Shown piece after piece: positions 61,001-64,000 of a DNA stretch of 64,000 bases. The position numbers and the translations under genes are program-made. The notes beneath the pieces were generated by a model, which was not told the origin of the DNA, searched no databases, and saw only the letters and a list, made by a program, of their open reading frames with translations. Position 1 is the stretch's first letter. Every line of letters starts with the position of its first letter. The DNA is from Lingula anatina. Taxonomy: Eukaryota; Animalia; Brachiopoda. The stretch lies in assembly GCA_051362555.1 (NCBI GenBank), contig CM120649.1, positions 15,328,567-15,392,566 of the forward strand, written 5' to 3'.

Positions 61001-64000
61001 AAAATTCTGCGCCGAGATAAAGTGTGTGCCCGTTCCTATCTCGTCCACAAATCTCTGCAGATATGCAGCGTATCGGGCTCGCACATGCGGCGTATCTACC
61101 CTTCGCCAGTACCTGAACATAGTTAGGATTATTCATTTGGAATTCGGGTTCCCAAACTGGGATGTTAAGGCTACCATCGGCGGGATAAAACGGCACAAAC
61201 AGGACCTCAGCCAACAGAAATCACCAATACTCCCGTTCCACCTGCTCCAACTGCGTTCTACCCTTAATCTAAGCGACCTAGACCAGCTGCAGACGTGGGC
61301 AGCTTGCTTAACTGCGTTTTTCGGCATGCTCAGAGTCAGCAACTTCACAGCGAAATCGCAATCAGATCCGGGTCATTCTATCCTGCGGCGTGACGTGACT
61401 TTCACTAAGAGAGGGTGCACCATACGGGTGACTAAGTCAAAAACCAACCAGTTCGGCCAAAGAACTCACATCATCACCCTTCCTTTCATGCCAGGGAACA
61501 CACTATGTCCTACTACAGCACTGACAGCTTTTTTCAAACTGTCGCTCGAGACGCCAGAATCAGCGCCCCTCTTCGCTACCCTAAAGGACGATACTACGGT
61601 CCACCTCACGTCTGCGAGCTTCCGCCATAGACTGACAAAATCCCTGGGAACAATAGGCCTTTCACCTACTGTCTATAATACCCACAGTTTGCGGAGAGGG
61701 GGGGCTACCTGGCTGCTGTCCGTGGGTACCCCCCTAGGGATGGTTAAATCAGTGGGTGACTGGTCAAGTGACGCTGTTTTTGAATATATTAAGCCCACCC
61801 CTGATATGAAATATGACACTATGCACAAGGCCATCAAACAAACTTAGGCCGTCCCGGGTAACTACCCGTAATAAACTGTTTCAGACTTTAGTTTATAACT
61901 ACTTTGGGTTGGGGTATAGTCGTTTCATCATCAGTAGGTTTTTATATACAGTTATTTTCCATTGTGTCAACCTTTTTTCTTTAAACGAATTGTTATACTA
62001 TATATATTTCAATCGTATGTAGTTAGTCGTTTATTTATTTGCTTAAATAAACTCTGCAAGCCCGAAAGTGTGTTGGTTTTAATATCATTATTATTAGTAT
62101 CATCATTTACTCTTAGAATAGTTTAAGGTATAAAAAAAATTGTGCGTATTAGTCCTCAATGTATCCATTATTATTATTATTTTTTTAAATATATATTAGT
62201 TAGATATATCTTTTTTTTTTGTCTCTATGTATACTTTATATTATTGTCTGTCATTTTTTTTCTGTTTCTCTCAGTATATGATCCTGTGTACCACTTCAGG
62301 TATCGATAATTAATTATTTTATTAGCTGACTTACAATTCTATAGTTAATCATTCTATTTTCTGCAATTAAAAAAAAAAAAGAATAGTGAGGAGTGTTTCA
62401 GGTGAGCTCCTTGAAGAAACTAACAAACATAAAAAAGATGATTACTGTGGAATATGCAAATCCGAAGTAGAAAAAATCTGTTTGGACTGTGAGAACAAAC
62501 TTTGTGCAAAATTTTTTTCGCAAACACGACAGAGAAGTCCATACAAATTTACAAACAACATTCCATCAGAAGATAAAATGAACAGACGAAACAATGACAA
62601 AAAGTTTATAAACCCAAAACATACACGTTGTAAAGTTAATATGAATTTCGATTATATATTTTGACTTTATTTTAAATATTTTAATTTTATTTTTAATTTT
62701 GAAATTAGACCTAAGACAGAGTTTGTGTGGTTCTTTCTATTAATTGACTATCGGACAACAAGTGGATGGACAGCACTACCTTTGATCTCTGGGAACCAGT
62801 GGATGAGGGGTCACGCTCCTACGTCATTAGAAGGACAGTAACAATTTCACTGAACACTTATTATACAATATGATAAATCAAAGTACCATTTAACTTTGCC
62901 AGAGGGGGACCGTCTGCATGTATAAAAGACTGATTTGGTGATGATTTGACATATAGAGAGATAGAGACGAGATTTCAGTTCTAGTTCTGAATTGAGTTGA
63001 GCAAGTTTACTCTGTAGGGGAATACGACGCGGTCGCGTAGAGTCAACTAGATATCAGGAAGGGGACAGTTAGCGTTAACAAGGACATGCACCGTCGGTAT
63101 TACCCCGTTTAATGATTTTTTAAATTAATAAAAAACTTCACCAGTGACGTTGTGGTTTTCTTTGGTTCATTAAGCCCAAAAGACCCTGCCCCAACTTTTG
63201 CATAGCCAAACCATCATCGCGTTGTCCAAGAAGATTGAAAAGTAAAGGTACTATCTTTACAGTGGCTTAGCTCGCCAGGACCTAGGCTTAGTGAACGCGA
63301 AAAAGAAAGACCAGAAAAAAAAGTCTTAGGAACAGTTCCACGCATTGATCGAGAACATCCCCCAACTGACGGAGCAGAGACACGTAGAGGCTGACAGACA
63401 AGGACTCCGATGTGCAGAAGAGAGGGAAAGACATTCTCTGCAAGACTTATCAGATCTGGTTCATCCCTGCGATGGAACAGTCCCTTCCAAAATCCTTGAA
63501 TAGATAGATCAGATGGAGAGAGCAATCTCCTGTGGCCATTGGCAACATTACAAACTGTGCTACAAGGTTGGCACTGAAGACTAGCAGAGGTGCCCTAGCG
63601 GCGGAGGTCAATTATTGCCTTTGCCAACAAAATGATTACTATGGCACAGGTAGGGTAACTCTAGGAGATCACATCCACCACTCGTTCCTGTCACCTTATA
63701 AGACAGCCTGTCTTCAGACGGAGATGGAGTAACTTTGGTATTGATATTATCATCATTATTATTAGTATCATCATTTACTCTTAGAATAGTTTAAGGTATA
63801 AAAAAATTGTGCGTATTAGTCCTCAATGTATCCATTATTATTATTATTTTTTTAAATATATATTAGTTAGATATATATATATATATTTTTGTCTCTATGT
63901 ATACTTTATATTATTGTCTTTGTCATTTTTTTTTTCTGTTTCTCTCAGTATATGATCCTGTGTGCCACTTCAGGTATCGATAATTATTTTATTAGTTGAC
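58046..64000 (+). repeat. Near-identical 10,745-bp-offset duplicate of about 47300-53255
   Basis: The ORF track repeats with a constant offset of 10,745. Only scattered substitutions were seen, mostly in the first 500 bp. Confidence 0.92.
61026..61847 (+). CDS. Third tyrosine recombinase copy (duplicate of 50281-51102)
   Basis: Identical translated sequence to 50281-51102. Confidence 0.75.
   Translation: MPVPISSTNLCRYAAYRARTCGVSTLRQYLNIVRIIHLEFGFPNWDVKATIGGIKRHKQDLSQQKSPILPFHLLQLRSTLNLSDLDQLQTWAACLTAFFGMLRVSNFTAKSQSDPGHSILRRDVTFTKRGCTIRVTKSKTNQFGQRTHIITLPFMPGNTLCPTTALTAFFKLSLETPESAPLFATLKDDTTVHLTSASFRHRLTKSLGTIGLSPTVYNTHSLRRGGATWLLSVGTPLGMVKSVGDWSSDAVFEYIKPTPDMKYDTMHKAIKQT

Larger units (their letters stand above)
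38380..64000 (+). repeat. Tandemly amplified mosaic of B-box gene fragments and retroelement fragments
   Basis: Recurrent modules with offsets of about 6.1 kb (45516/51641, 46363/52469) and exactly 10,745 bp (47678/58423, 50281/61026, 52787/63532). Confidence 0.9.

Overview
AT-rich, repeat-dense eukaryotic DNA. The TE repertoire (Kolobok, Ngaro, Helentron-type HINEs, Gypsy) suggests a marine invertebrate; this is an inference. The left half (1-32.3 kb) holds two tandem paralogues of a two-exon gene encoding 4-5 B-box-like zinc modules plus a C-terminal domain that aligns by eye with CCDC106. Copy A looks intact. Copy B has clustered NF-kB-like sites upstream and was hit three times: a young intact Gypsy element in coding exon 1, HINEs in the intron, and a Kolobok (with a nested second Kolobok) that rewrote its last codons. 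At 33.4-36.0 kb is a non-autonomous LTR element with non-canonical TA..TA ends and an orphan coiled-coil ORF. The right half (38.4-64 kb) is a tandemly amplified mosaic (periods about 6.1 kb and 10,745 bp). It consists of scrambled fragments of several diverged B-box paralogues joined to pieces of Gypsy gag, pol and integrase, Ngaro RNase H/tyrosine recombinase and an SGNH hydrolase, all on the + strand. All alignments were done by eye and no database searches were run.
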